NCBI GenBank assembly: GCA_043228905.1
Contig: JBHGNT010000009.1
Location: forward strand, 13,268,001-13,332,000
Length of the DNA: 64,000 bases
Source: Azolla caroliniana
Taxonomy: Eukaryota; Plantae; Polypodiophyta
Direction of reading: 5' to 3'
The position numbers were made by a program, and so were the translations under genes. Shown here one piece after another: positions 48,055-60,073 of this stretch. The notes below the pieces were generated by a model. The model ran no database searches, was not told the origin of the DNA, and was given only the letters and a program-made list of their open reading frames with translations. Numbering within the stretch: the first letter of the stretch is position 1; every line of letters begins with the position of its first letter.

Positions 48055-49179
48055 ATGGAGTCCGTGAGCAAACAAGAATACATGCATGTTCTTTCTGAGC
48101 TCGACATGCTCACGAATAAATTTGTGGCATTAGAGCATGAGAATCAAAGGCTACTTGGAGATCTACAACACGTGAGTGCCGAAAAAGCTCAACAATATGA
48201 AGAGTTATCACAGCGGGTTCATCAACTCGAGGCGACTATATTGTCATTACGTGAGCAAGCGTCGGGGGCTCAGAACTCCCCTAGAGAGCCAAAGATCAGC
48301 CTCCCTGCCAAGTTTGATGGTACGAGGTCTTTATTTCGAGGCTTTTTGAATCAAGTTCGTCTAGTTATTCAGCTACATCCCAATCGGTATCCAACTGATG
48401 CTGCTCGTGTGGGATTAGTGGGAACTTTGCTATGCGGTACGACGTTAGCATGGTTCGCACCACTTCTCGAGAAGAAATCACCATTGCTGGAGGATTTCGA
48501 GGCATTTGTTAAAGAGTTTCAAGCTAGTTTCGGAGACACCGACAGCACTAGGACAGCGATAAACAAGATTTGAAGGCTCCGACAAGGAGATCGTCTTGCG
48601 TCGTCTTATGCAACCGATTTCCGTCTCTTGGCATGCGATATCCCTTGGGATGAGGCAGCTTTAATGGATCAATTCCGTCAAGGTTTGAGAAATGATGTCA
48701 AAGATCTTCTTCTTACTTTCCCTGAAGATCCGCAGTCACTTACAGAAGCCATTAGTCAAGCTGTGCGATGTGATAATCGCCTATTTGAGCGACGTTCTGA
48801 GCGCCAACAAATGTTACGCCGTCAACCTGAGCAGACTTACGCTTCCGTAGTCGCAACGCCTCCACAAGTTTCTAGACCCATTACAAGGGATGGCCCAACT
48901 CCGATGGAAATAGAGTCAACACAACGTCATGGGCCGTTATCAGATGCTGAGAAGCAACGACGTCGAGCGCATCGCCTCTGCCTGTATTGTGGCGGTCCAG
49001 GACATATAGCTGTAAATTGTCCACATAAACCTAGGTGTCAAGTATACCAAGTAAGTGCCCATGAAAACCCTACATCGAGTTCTATTGTTACTTTTAATAA
49101 CATAAATAAGCCTCATAGTCCATGCCATGAGAATAGATTCGATGTCTTGAGTCAATTAGAGGATGTGTTAAACGAGTAA
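48055..49179 (+). pseudogene. gag: Chromovirus B gag (one internal stop at 48571-48573)
   Basis: ORFs 48055..48573 and 48628..49179 are in the same frame; retrotransposon Gag domain, PTPMEI motif and CLYCGGPGHIAVNC. Confidence 0.92.
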
Positions 49180-49219
49180 GTCCGGCCAAAATAGGAGCCA
49201 TTTGGCTGGACCATCCTAG
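49167..49219 (+). promoter_or_regulatory. Predicted -1 ribosomal frameshift signal (gag/pol)
   Basis: G_TTA_AAC in the gag frame, 6-nt spacer, 11-bp stem GTCCGGCCAAA/TTTGGCTGGAC; the -1 frame is open into the protease ORF. Confidence 0.7.
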
Positions 49220-52199
49220 CTATGTAGAGTTAGTTCCTAGTCGTGGTTCCATTTCATCAAATCAAGTGAGTCGAGTTTTTTCAGCACAAGTCGAGCTTAC
49301 CACATCTGCATGTCATCGAGTCCTAGCCTCTACCCTTCTAGATTCTGGAGCCAACTCTTGTTTCATGGATCGTGAATTTGCCTTGTCACAAAACATCCTC
49401 TTGAATAAGCTTCCTAGCCCAGTAGCCGTAGGAGTCATTGATGGACGTCCCATAGCATCAGGAGATATAGTCGAGGAGTCCGAGCCAATTAGGATAGTTC
49501 TTGGCAATTTGGCAAGCATAATCTCTTTCAACATTATTCGTAGTCCGGAACACCCAATAGTTCTAGGTCTCCCCTGGTTTGAACTCCATAACCCGAAGAT
49601 TGATTGGATGAAAAGAACAATTGAGGAGACCCAGGAAAAAAGCACAAACGTGAGGCGGATATTAAACTACCAGAGAAATACAAGGAGTTTTCAGATGTCT
49701 TTGATAAGGTGAAGGCCAATACATTGTCGGAGCATCGGCCATACGACTGCCCTATTGACTTACAACCAGGGAAAGAACCTCCATGGGGCCCAATTTATAA
49801 TCTCTCCCCTATAGAGCTAGAAACTTTGCGGGAATATATTGATGAGAATCTGGCAAACGGATTCATTCGGCATTCTAGATCCCCTGCTGGTGCACCTATC
49901 TTCTTCGTTAAATGGTATTGCTATGGACCCCATGAAGGTACAAGCAATTTTAGAGTGGCAAACGCCCCTTTCAGTGCGTGATGTGCAATGTTTTCTCGGG
50001 TTTGCAAATTTTTATCGAAAATTTATTAAAGATTATTCCAAGGTTGTGCTTCCGCTTACTCAGCTCACACATAAAGATCGACCATTTATATGGAGTTCAG
50101 ATGCAGCCGAGGCATTCGAAAGCTTAAAATGAGCATTTACAACGGCACCTATCTTAGCACATGTCGACCCAACAAAACGCTTCATCCTCGAAGCCGATGC
50201 ATCCGATTTTGCACTAGGGAGTGTCCTCTCGCAGACCGGAGATGATGGACAACTACACCCTGTTGCCTTTCATTCACGAAAGTTTGAAGCTGCAGAGATC
50301 AACTATGAGATCCATGATAAAGAGCTTCTTGCAATCGTGGATTCGTTTCAACAATGGCGACATTTCCTAGAAGGTTCTTCTCAGCATATCATTGTCTACA
50401 ATGATCATAAGAACCTGACTTATTTCCAAAATGCTCGAGTCTTGAGTTGGTGACAAGCCCGGTGGGCGCAATTTTTGACTCACTTCGATTTTATCATCAT
50501 ATATCGCCCTGGGATGCAGCAAGGCAAAGCAGATGCTCTTTCTCGGCGCTCTTATATGGAACCTCGTCCAGGGGAACCTGCATTTGAGCATCAAAAACAA
50601 ATCCTTTTGGGTCCTAATCGATTACGATTAATGGTAGTTAACACCATAACAACTCTTGAAAATTCCACTCTTCTTGATTCCATTCGAGATCATATGACCA
50701 CTGATGATTTCGCCAAGGATGTTTTGGATCATATCGTCCCGGATCGTGCTTCTTACTCACGGTCGAAAAATCCTCGTAATGACTATTGTCAGTTCTATTG
50801 GCATGGTGGTTTTCTATTTCGACAAAATTTATTGTATGTTCCTGATGGTCCCCCACGGCTACAAGTTTTGCAACATTGCCATGACTCACCAATGGCTGGT
50901 CATTTTGGAGTTCACAAGACTCTAGAATTAATTTCTCGACGCTATTGGTGGCCTCGCCTTCGGCATTTTGTTGAGGAGTATGTTCGGAGTTGTGATATAT
51001 GTTGTCGATCAAAGAATCCTCGTCACCGACCCTATGGCTTACTACAACCACTTCCCATTCCGGAAACTCCTTGGAAGTCTATATCCTTGGACTTCATTAC
51101 TGATCTCCCTGTTTCAAAAGGTTTTGATGCAATTCTCACAGTGGTTGATCGATTTACGAAAATGGCACATTTCTTGCCATGTACAAAGTCGATTACTAGT
51201 CAAGAGGTGGTTGATCTCGTTATGCGGGAGGTATTTAAGCATCATGGTTTGCCGGATGATATTATTAGTGATCGTGGTCCACAATTCATCTCAAAGTTTT
51301 GGAAGCACCTGTTCAAACTTCTCCACATTTCAGTTAAGCTTTCATCGGGCTATCATCCTGAAACAAATGGCCAAACAGAGCGTACCAACCAGACATTGGA
51401 ACAATATCTTCGTTGTTTCATCAACTATCAACAAGATGATTGGGTTGCTTTTTTCCACTTGGCGGAATACTTCGCTTACAACAACTCAGCCCATTCTTCT
51501 ACAGGATATTCCCCATTTTTCGCAAATACGGGTTGTCATCCTCGGTGGACGATGAATGCGCATCCAGAAGTTCCTACCAACCCTGCTGCTGAGGATCTTC
51601 TTAGTCGCCTCCAAAAAATTCAAGCTAACATTCTCCACAATTTGCATGATGCTCAATTTACACACAAGAGGCTTGCCGATCGTCATCGTCTAGACTCCTC
51701 AAAAAAGTTCCACATTGGGGATCATGTATGGCTTCTCCAACACAACATCAAGACCACTCGACCTTGCAGTAAATTGGATTGCCAACGTTTTGGACCTTAC
51801 ATGATCACTGGTAAGATAAGTGATGTTGCATTTCGTCTTGACCTCCCTCCGCACATGCATCTTCATCCGGTGTTTCATGTATCCCTTTTGGAACCTTATA
51901 CTACAAGTTCAATTCTGGGCCGACTTACGACACCCCCACCACCTGTCGAGTTCTTGGACGGGCCTGAATTTGAAGTTGCTGTCGTTCTCGATTCTAAAAT
52001 CATGCGCAACAAGCTGTATTACTTAGTCGATTGGCTAGGTTATACCCCCAATGATCGAACTTGGGAACCCGCCGCAAATCTTTCCAATGCTGCAGAACTC
52101 GTCAATGCATTTCATCGCCAATATCCTTGTAAACCAGGTCCTAATACAAACCCTACGACCCATGAGACGTGTCATCGAAGAAGGGGGATAGTGTCATGA
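49180..52199 (+). pseudogene. pol: Chromovirus B pol: protease, deleted RT, RNase H, integrase and chromodomain
   Basis: LLDSGANSCFM; PIFFVK joined directly to GIAMDP near 49912; ORF 50475..52199 with HHCC zinc finger, SLDFITDLP, SDRGPQF, GQTER, GPY motif and YYLVDWLGYTPNDRTWEP chromodomain. Confidence 0.93.
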
Positions 52200-52649
52200 T
52201 AATACTCACATCATGCATCAAAAGGATCATGACACTCACATTATGACTCGAAAGGATTTGAACCCACGACCTTGTTGTACACATGTCAAATCCTTAACCA
52301 TTGTATTAATATTCTTACATGTATAGTCTCTAGAATATGAAATCTAATATCATAGGAATATTCTATATTACTCTACATTCTAGAATGACCTAGAATATTC
52401 TAGAGTGTTCTATACCACTAGAACCTTCTAGAATACTCTAGAGATCTTCTAGATTACTCTACAATCTAGGATAACCTAGAATATTCTAGAGTGTTCTCTA
52501 TTACTTATAAATAAGGATCTACCACCCATCCCAAACCTAAATTGGTTCAACGCCATTTTGTAGCCTACTCTTTGTAATCCATTTTACGCTTCAATATAAT
52601 AATTCTCTTTCTATCTCTTTTTCTCTCTTTCTCTCTCTCAGTCTTGACA
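52192..52649 (+). repeat. 3' LTR of chromovirus B
   Basis: Direct repeat of 47510-47967; the pol stop codon (GIVS*) lies in its first 8 bp. Confidence 0.97.
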
Positions 52650-53689
52650 ACAATGTCCACTCCACTCCTCTTAATGACAAATCTCAAGAGATGTTGGAAT
52701 TGGTCAGCCCAATAACTCTTTGGATTCTATGGAAACAACAATGTAGGTAAGTCTTCTCCAACCAAACCGCACATCCAACAAGGTTACAACAAGAGATATG
52801 GAGTGAAATTGTAGCCACTCTGAAGAGCCAATATGATGGCCTTAAGGGCGGCTCCGATGGAGTTGAAAGACAACGAATAGCCTTCATCCAACAATGGTCG
52901 TCCTCTCCCTTTCTTGAGTCAGTGGGCATCCACATAAGATGGAACTATCGCGTCCCTTCAGGGATTTGTACATAATCGTCTCATTTGTAAAATTTTATAA
53001 CTAATGGAAGGAGTTTTTTTTGGAAAAGAAGAAGATGAAGATTGTTACAAGATAAGATCATTTCCCATTAAATGGTGGTAAATTATAAAGGAACGTTAAG
53101 AATGGGCAAATGTGAAAGATCATATGTCGTCAATGCTACATTGAGCAACTAGGAAATATGCATATAGATTCTAAGCCCCGATAAGAAATTGATGCATGAC
53201 ATAGTTGTTATGTACATGTCCATGTACATATTATGTGTATATTAAGGGTTACAGGCATCACTAACCACTTTTCTCCATCCAACAACAATACATTGCTTAA
53301 AACGGAAAATCTTAACGTATTTCTCTTGATCTAATACTTGGTATGCATCTAGAAACACATGCAAAAAACAACTATGTGCAATCACCTATTCTCTTCCCTT
53401 TCTACACATATGTGATTCTTTCGAGCATTAAAAGGCCACTTATCAAACCAACACTACTATATGATACATTCCATGTCTTCTACTTTTAGGTAGAGCCAAA
53501 CACAAAGTCTGCAGATTGTCAAGGTCAATCTATCCTACAATTACCTTTATTATGTTGATCTCTCATGGCCTTTGTATGCCAAGATCCCCATACTTTACAC
53601 CGGGGCTTTCACTCATTTTCCCCTTGAACTCACAAACTTTAGATTAAGAAGGTAAAGTTTTATTCTATACTTTTCGTTCACGTACACAA

Positions 53690-53761
<72 letters not shown>

Positions 53762-55809
53762 AAACTTGTGGCCAAATTCACTCAAGTTCGTAACACGAGT
53801 TTGGGGGGCATGACCAATATCATTATTTGGATGAGCATCGTAACACTACATTGTACAAGTTTGTAGGGGGTTCTTTACTAAAGGAACATTGTGTAAATTT
53901 TTTATTCATTCTAGATGTACTTTCGACATATTAAGAAATAATAAAGTAGCAATCAACATGAGTACAAAAAATAAATGGACTTGGATGGTCAAGAAACTCT
54001 AATGATGCATTCATTATGAAGAAGATTATTATGGCATGCTTTGTGTTTGTTCATGTTGTTATTGATTGTTTTCTTGATGGAATAATCTATTCAACACCAT
54101 GAAGCAAAAAAAATTTGACGCCTATTGAACTATCACAAAGATGGACATTAATTGAACAAAACATAACATGCACTTGTTGTTAGGATTACTACCGCTTGTC
54201 TCTAATTGTTGGTGTTATTGTTTATGATTGTCTTGATGGAGAAATGATCCAATCAACTTTTCTAAAGGCAGTAAGTCCCTTTTGATCATCTGAAAATGGC
54301 CATTTCTTTGGTGGGTATCCCAAAATATGGTCAACAAATGTTACCATTTGGGTGTGCATTGTTTGCCTCAATCCATTCAAACATGTGTGTGCTTCATGTC
54401 TTGACCAATTGGCCATGGCTAAACAAATAGTTTTGTAAACAACCATAGGCTTGAGCAAAAATGGATTGCTTAGAAATGGACATATCCTCAAAAATTTCAA
54501 ATACCTTAAAGATGATCACATTGACTTCGATTGTTGTTGTAGACAATTTCTCACAGGAACCCTTGAGGGCAATTCATATGATTCTTCAAGAAACAACCAA
54601 GAATCATCCTCTCTCCCTCCCTTGCTAAACAACAAACCCATATTTAGGGGGGTAAATGTGGGACATCAACCATTTAGATATTGTCATGGTCACATAAAGC
54701 TACCTCACAACTAACTCCCCATGCTAAATGTGGGGTGGGACAGATGGTGTCATTAACACGCATGTGCTTGTATACTCTCGTTATGCTACCACATTGTTAA
54801 ATTTACTTGTGCTCCCCAATGGAGGTGTATGATATGTTCTACAAAGAGACATGGTTCCTCAATCTACCATGACTCTTAAAGGCAATTTTGAAGTTGGTTG
54901 GGTTCACACAAAGTACCCCAACCTTAATTTTTGCAGCAATCGAGATGGGAAGGTGGGTACCTTACACAATTGTACGGCGATGGAAAAGCTTCCATTGGAA
55001 ACATGTGACATTCCTTACGAGGTAGGGATTTGTGGATTCTCGCTTGCATCGACAAAGGATTCGAGGCCACATAACCTCTTCCAAACACCACAACCATGGT
55101 CATCAATAGAATCAATGAGCGGGCAAAAAAAGATGACAGTCGTTCACTAAGTATCGGATCGGGGTTGCGATTTTGGAATGTTTATAAATGGAGTGATTGT
55201 CAAGTCAATAATATGTTCAATATATCTCTATAAAACGTCACCTCCTCCCGATGCCTTGTGGGGATGTGTAACAGACGTGCGCCTCCTCTTCTTGCCAAAC
55301 GTTCATAAGCAACAACAATAACAACATCACTATCATTATCATCATCATCACGATTCATGCTGAAGCCACCGTCATGATCATTATGATTCATGCCGAAGCC
55401 ACAAAATAGCAGAGAGTAGCTTCTCATGTATGTATTATCTACATGTGTTGTGTCATCGGTATGTATGTATGTATGTATGCATGCCAGCAGCAACACAAGA
55501 AATAGAGAGAGAGAGAGAGCAATGACCAACCACGTGTGATTGATTATGGATGGTGGATGATGATTCATAGCATAACATAACATATATGTACATAACGCCC
55601 TTAGGACACACACACACACGCACGCACAAAGGTGATGAATATATGTATACATTATATGTATATATCATATTATATCAATATGTATAACAGTGTATCAATG
55701 TAATGTATAGTATGTATATGAATGCAAAACTGCAGCTGCAGCAATCGAAGCAGAAGCAGCGAAGCGACAGGAAAAGGAAGGGAAAGCAGAAAAAGCAGAA
55801 AGCACACAA

Positions 55810-55854
<45 letters not shown>

Positions 55855-55886
55855 TTCCGACAGACAGAAGACATACAGACAGACAC

Positions 55887-55929
<43 letters not shown>

Positions 55930-56070
55930 GGGGCACCCTCATCCTTCCGCCATAGCCCTCTCTCTCTCTCTCTCTCCCTCTCTCTCTCCCTCTCAGGAAC
56001 AGGAAGCACAGACACCAAGCTTCCTCTCCTCCTGCATTAAACACCTTCTTCTGACACCCGCTCTCATCAG

Positions 56071-56079
56071 AAACCCTAA
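56071..56079 (+). promoter_or_regulatory. Telo-box (AAACCCTAA) upstream of the QWRF gene
   Basis: Exact motif about 250 bp before the ATG, in a (CT)n-rich leader; function not shown. Confidence 0.35.
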
Positions 56080-56328
56080 TTCTGGAACCAAAACGTTCAC
56101 ACGCACACACAGATGAAGATGAAGATGAAGATGAAGATGAAGATGAAGATGAAGATGAGACAGAAAGTACAGGATCCTCCCTCCTTTAAACCGACGCTAA
56201 AACCTAAATTTAGGTATGGACTTACCTCCTGCTACTACTTGTAGAGCCTACCTCTCTCTCTCTCTCTCTCTTCCTGTCTCTGCGTATGTGCCGGTTAGTT
56301 TAGCTCAGCTAGTCAGTTATATGGGAAT

Positions 56329-58389
56329 ATGGTCGCTACTGCTACAGATCCATTCCCTTCTTCTTCTTCTTCTTCTGCTAACTCGAGGTCGCCATGGCAG
56401 CAACAACAGGAACTAGAGCACTACAACCACCATGGAACCCCAGACAACAATTACATTTTCCCCCACAAAAACTCTTCTCCGTCTCTTCCTCCATCTTCTT
56501 CTTCCTCGCCATCATTTCCTGTACCACCTGGGGCGCCCAATTCTATTTCGGTTCCCTCAAAGAAGAAGCCGTCTGCCCGAGAGATTTCCTCTAGATACAG
56601 GTCCCCTGCCCCTGCCCCTGCCCCTGCCCCTGCCCCTCCTGACCTCGTCTCATCCTCATCCAGGTACAGGTCTCCCCCGCCTCATCCTCGTTCTTCTCCA
56701 TTTCCATTTCCATCTCCCTCCACTTCCACTTCCACTTCCACAGCTGCAGCTCGCCGGTTCACATCTCCTTCTACTGGTCGAAACAGCAGTGGCATAGACC
56801 ATCATCATCCCAATTCCTCTTCCATCAAGCGATCCGTTTCTGCAGAGCGCCGAAGAGCCTCACCAGCACCAGCAGCAGCGCCTTCTTCCAAGACCTCCTC
56901 CACTGCTGCCAATTCTTCTGCTGTCATTGGTGATGGTGGCGGAGGATCACGACTGTCCATCGCATCTGCATCTGCATCTGCACCTGCCACCAGTCGACAG
57001 GATCTATTATGGCCATCCACAAGGAATTTACCGATTTCCTCCTCCTCCTCCTCCTCCTCCTCAATGCAGGCAGAAGCATGTACCCCGACTCAAACCCCAA
57101 CTTCTTCTTCACTACCAGCGTCCTCCAGAAGCCCAGCCAGAGCTCGTCCCCAGAGCAGGTCCAACACCAGATCTCTCAGCAATCTGGCCTCCGACCAAAC
57201 CCTAAAACCACCCCCAAATTCGGCTCCCACCCCCATGCCCACAGCTCCTGCTGCCACTTCCCAGATCAGACCTTATGACATCAGGAAGAAGACCCCCGAT
57301 CGGAAAGGGATGAACATCAGCCCTAGCCCTCTGAGAGGAAGAAGACATAGCCTTGTAGATCAAGCAGAGAATGCGAAGCCATCCACGGATACGAGCCTCA
57401 CAGAGCCTGTATTAAGACATCGATGGCCAAGCTCAACCAACCTCACCAACAGAAGCTTAATAAAGCTCAGCCATGGAAGTAGTGCATCTATGTCCTTATC
57501 CATGGATCTCACATCCTCTGCCCAAGATCAGAGGTCGTCTGCACGCTCTTCTTCTTCTTCTTCTTCGATTCATCATTATATGCTACAATCTAGACCCACA
57601 TCTTTCAGCAGTCAAGTGATTCCTCGCGTCTTCTCTCACACTATGAACAACGACGGCTCCGCCTCCTCTGCCCTACGCACTGCAGCTCGAAAGCTCAGCC
57701 TCGAAGCCAAACCTCGGGTCAGTGCTAGTAGTAGAGAATCTCCATTAAGAAGAGGAACTAATACTAATATTCTTTCTCATCATGTGAGAGAGACGGGTAA
57801 TAACAATTCTCGGGTAAATGCTTGGCCACATGCTGAACGGCCATCATCATCACCATCACCATCACCATCACCTTCACCATCACCATCATCTCAAGAGCCG
57901 TCTTTGCCTCTTGATGAAATGTTGATGAATGTCTCCACCATAGACTCTTCTTGTTCAAGAGCACAACCTTCCTCCTCCTCCAGAGTTGTACAAAAGCTTA
58001 TTAGTGCTTCTTTGGATAATGCCAGGGGAGAGCAGAGTATGGCAGATTCCCCAGCATCCTCCTCGTCGTGGCTTGGAACACCCACTAATAGTTCCTTATA
58101 TAAACCCTCCTACAATCAACTGCTTTCTCCCATGAAACCACTACATTTGAGTCCAATGCGGAGTTGGTCAAGCCCAACAAGGTCGAGAGTCTCAACTCAT
58201 TCACTTGGTAGAATAAGCTGGGGTTCTTCGATATTGCAATTTGGAGGTGATTTTAGGAGATCCAAGAGAAACCTCTCTCATGTCGAAGCTGCTTACTTGC
58301 ATCGGATCCTTCATAACCGATTGTTGCAATGGCGGTTCGTGAATGCTCGTGCTGATCATGCAAATATGACACAAAGACATGCGGGTGAG
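56329..58389 (+). CDS. QWRF: QWRF gene exon 1 (Ser/Pro-rich region and QWRF motif)
   Basis: Part of the 715-aa ORF; donor GAG|GTTGGT at 58389/58390. Confidence 0.92.
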
Positions 58390-58834
58390 GTTGGTCCATA
58401 CTCTCTTATACTTTTGGTGTTAGAACGCCATAAAAATCAGTTTATGACATTTAATGTAATTCAAAGTATTAGGTGAACAAAGCCTTTCTTAGGCATCAAG
58501 AAAGATTTTTGTGGACTATATTATATTTATATTATATGGGCTGAAAACTTTATATTATTCTTCATCTTCATGTGATACAGAATGATCGGGTCTCTGAATT
58601 GTGTTGAACTTTTACTTGCAGAAACTTATATTCAGTGTGTGGGCGAGAACGGCTGAGATCCGGAAATCTGTCACAACCAAGAGGCTAAAACTACAGCAAG
58701 CTCGTCAAGCACGAAAGATCAACTCTGTTTTAAGGACACAGGTAACCATTTTTTCTATGTGTGTACACACACACACACACACATCAGCCAAACTCAGAAA
58801 ATAGTCAGGTACTAGCGAGAAGATGAATTTGTTT

Positions 58835-58878
<44 letters not shown>

Positions 58879-60073
58879 CAGCCAAACTCGGAAAATAGTC
58901 AGGTACTAGCAAGAAGATGAATTTGTTTGTATACACACACACACACTACATACAACGTACATACAGTTCATATCATACATGCATATGATAAATACAAACA
59001 GTACATGCATTCAGACATATATGCATACACTACAATACATACAATATATACAAACAATACAATACCTACATACAGTACAATACAATACAATGTATACATG
59101 ATTGATGATATGGCTTTACAACAAAGTTTCTTTTGGTTTGGCAAGTTTGATCATATTATAGTCTGTCAACTTCTCTTATTCTTACTAAGAAAGCAAGCAT
59201 TGATGATTACATACATCGTTGCTTTACATGTGGGTGTTCCAGGGATCAAAGCTAGAGTATTGGTCTACCATTCAGCAAGAACATAGCAAAGCATTATCGG
59301 GGGCTGTTGAGGCCTTAGAAGCTGCAGTGTTAAGGCTTCCTGTAGACGAAGGTGTAAAGGTATGGTATTCTTGTGAAGATTGACATGATTTTCACTTCCC
59401 TAATAAGAGAGAAAATCCAAATTTCATGCATATTTTCTTTTGTGTTTTTGCATATGTGTTTCTTATGCATTTAGGCTGAGACTCAATCTGTGAAAGAAGC
59501 CATGACATCTGCAGTGGAAGTGGTGAATGCAGTGGAGTCTTCTATAAATCTTTTGCTCCCCAAGGTGAGTAATGGATGCTATATACACATGATATATATA
59601 TTTAGTGGTAATGGGTAATGGTTACAAAAACTAAGTAGGAAAGAAGCTAAAGTATATTGAAGAAAGAGGAAGATGTGTGGGTTATGTTCTTTACTACTAT
59701 TCCATGTGTGCCACATACACATAAACAGGTGGACAAATCCAATGTGTTGATATCAGAGCTTGCACAAATAGCCGATCAAGAAAGAACACTATTGGAAGAA
59801 TGTGGAGATTTGCTACTCATTGTTTCCTCACTAGAGGTTTGCTTTCTTTCATTCTTCTATCCCTGAAACTCTTCATTCAATATGCCATGCCGTGTTTTTC
59901 CCATTGTAAACCTCTTTTAACTGTCATTGTTGTTTCTTTGAAATTAACACGAAATGATGGATTAGGTCGAGGAGCGAAGCTTACGGATGCAACTCTTGCA
60001 ATGTGAACAAGAGAAAGCACGAGTCCTTGGACTCCTCATGGATGGCAATGGTACAGATTCTGGCCCTATATAG
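56329..60073 (+). CDS. QWRF: QWRF motif-containing protein (AUG8/EDE1/SCO3-like microtubule-associated family), 6 exons, predicted 867 aa
   Basis: Exons 56329-58389, 58622-58741, 59243-59359, 59475-59564, 59729-59836, 59966-60073; all introns GT-AG and phase 0. Motifs REISSRY, RWPS, SMDL, RILHNRLLQWRFVNARA, ALEAAVLRLPV, VEERSLR. Family-level call only. Confidence 0.93.
58622..58741 (+). CDS. QWRF: QWRF gene exon 2
   Basis: TTGCAG|KLIFSVWARTAEIRKSVTTKRLKLQQARQARKINSVLRTQ|GTAACC. Confidence 0.92.
58763..58931. repeat. Tandem duplication with variable (CA)n in QWRF intron 2
   Basis: (CA)n-TCAGCCAAACTC(A/G)GAAAATAGTCAGGTACTAGC(G/A)AGAAGATGAATTTGTTTGTA occurs twice. Confidence 0.85.
59243..59359 (+). 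CDS. QWRF: QWRF gene exon 3
   Basis: TTCCAG|GSKLEYWSTIQQEHSKALSGAVEALEAAVLRLPVDEGVK|GTATGG. Confidence 0.92.
59475..59564 (+). CDS. QWRF: QWRF gene exon 4
   Basis: ATTTAG|AETQSVKEAMTSAVEVVNAVESSINLLLPK|GTGAGT. Confidence 0.92.
59729..59836 (+). CDS. QWRF: QWRF gene exon 5
   Basis: AAACAG|VDKSNVLISELAQIADQERTLLEECGDLLLIVSSLE|GTTTGC. Confidence 0.9.
59966..60073 (+). CDS. QWRF: QWRF gene exon 6 (terminal)
   Basis: GATTAG|VEERSLRMQLLQCEQEKARVLGLLMDGNGTDSGPI*. Confidence 0.88.
   Translation, partial: VEERSLRMQLLQCEQEKARVLGLLMDGNGTDSGPI

Larger units (their letters stand above)
47510..52649 (+). mobile_element. Ty3/Gypsy chromovirus B (young, RT core deleted)
   Basis: 458-bp LTRs 47510-47967 and 52192-52649 (1 mismatch seen); TSD GCAAT/ACAAT; PPT GAAGAAGGGGGATAG 52177-52191; gag-PR-(RT)-RH-INT-chromodomain. 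Confidence 0.97.
47251..53037 (+). mobile_element. 5'-truncated L1-type LINE (ORF2 C-terminal zinc finger), interrupted by element B
   Basis: CVECPHAVESIRHALWDCP (CCHC zf-RVT-like) near 47267-47323; continues after B as ITLWILWKQQCR*VF; 17-bp TSD AAGATTGTTACAAGATA at 47234-47250 and 53038-53054. Confidence 0.85.

Noticed and set aside
54222-55150. Possible gene or transposase fragments
   Set aside because: No recognisable domain or splice structure from sequence alone; would need a translated database search.
55200-56116. Several 70-150-aa ORFs upstream of QWRF
   Set aside because: Translations of (CT)n, (CA)n and (CATACA)n microsatellites.
58390-58476. C-terminus of the 715-aa ORF as the true protein end
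   Set aside because: Read-through into intron 1; QWRF homology continues in five downstream GT-AG exons.
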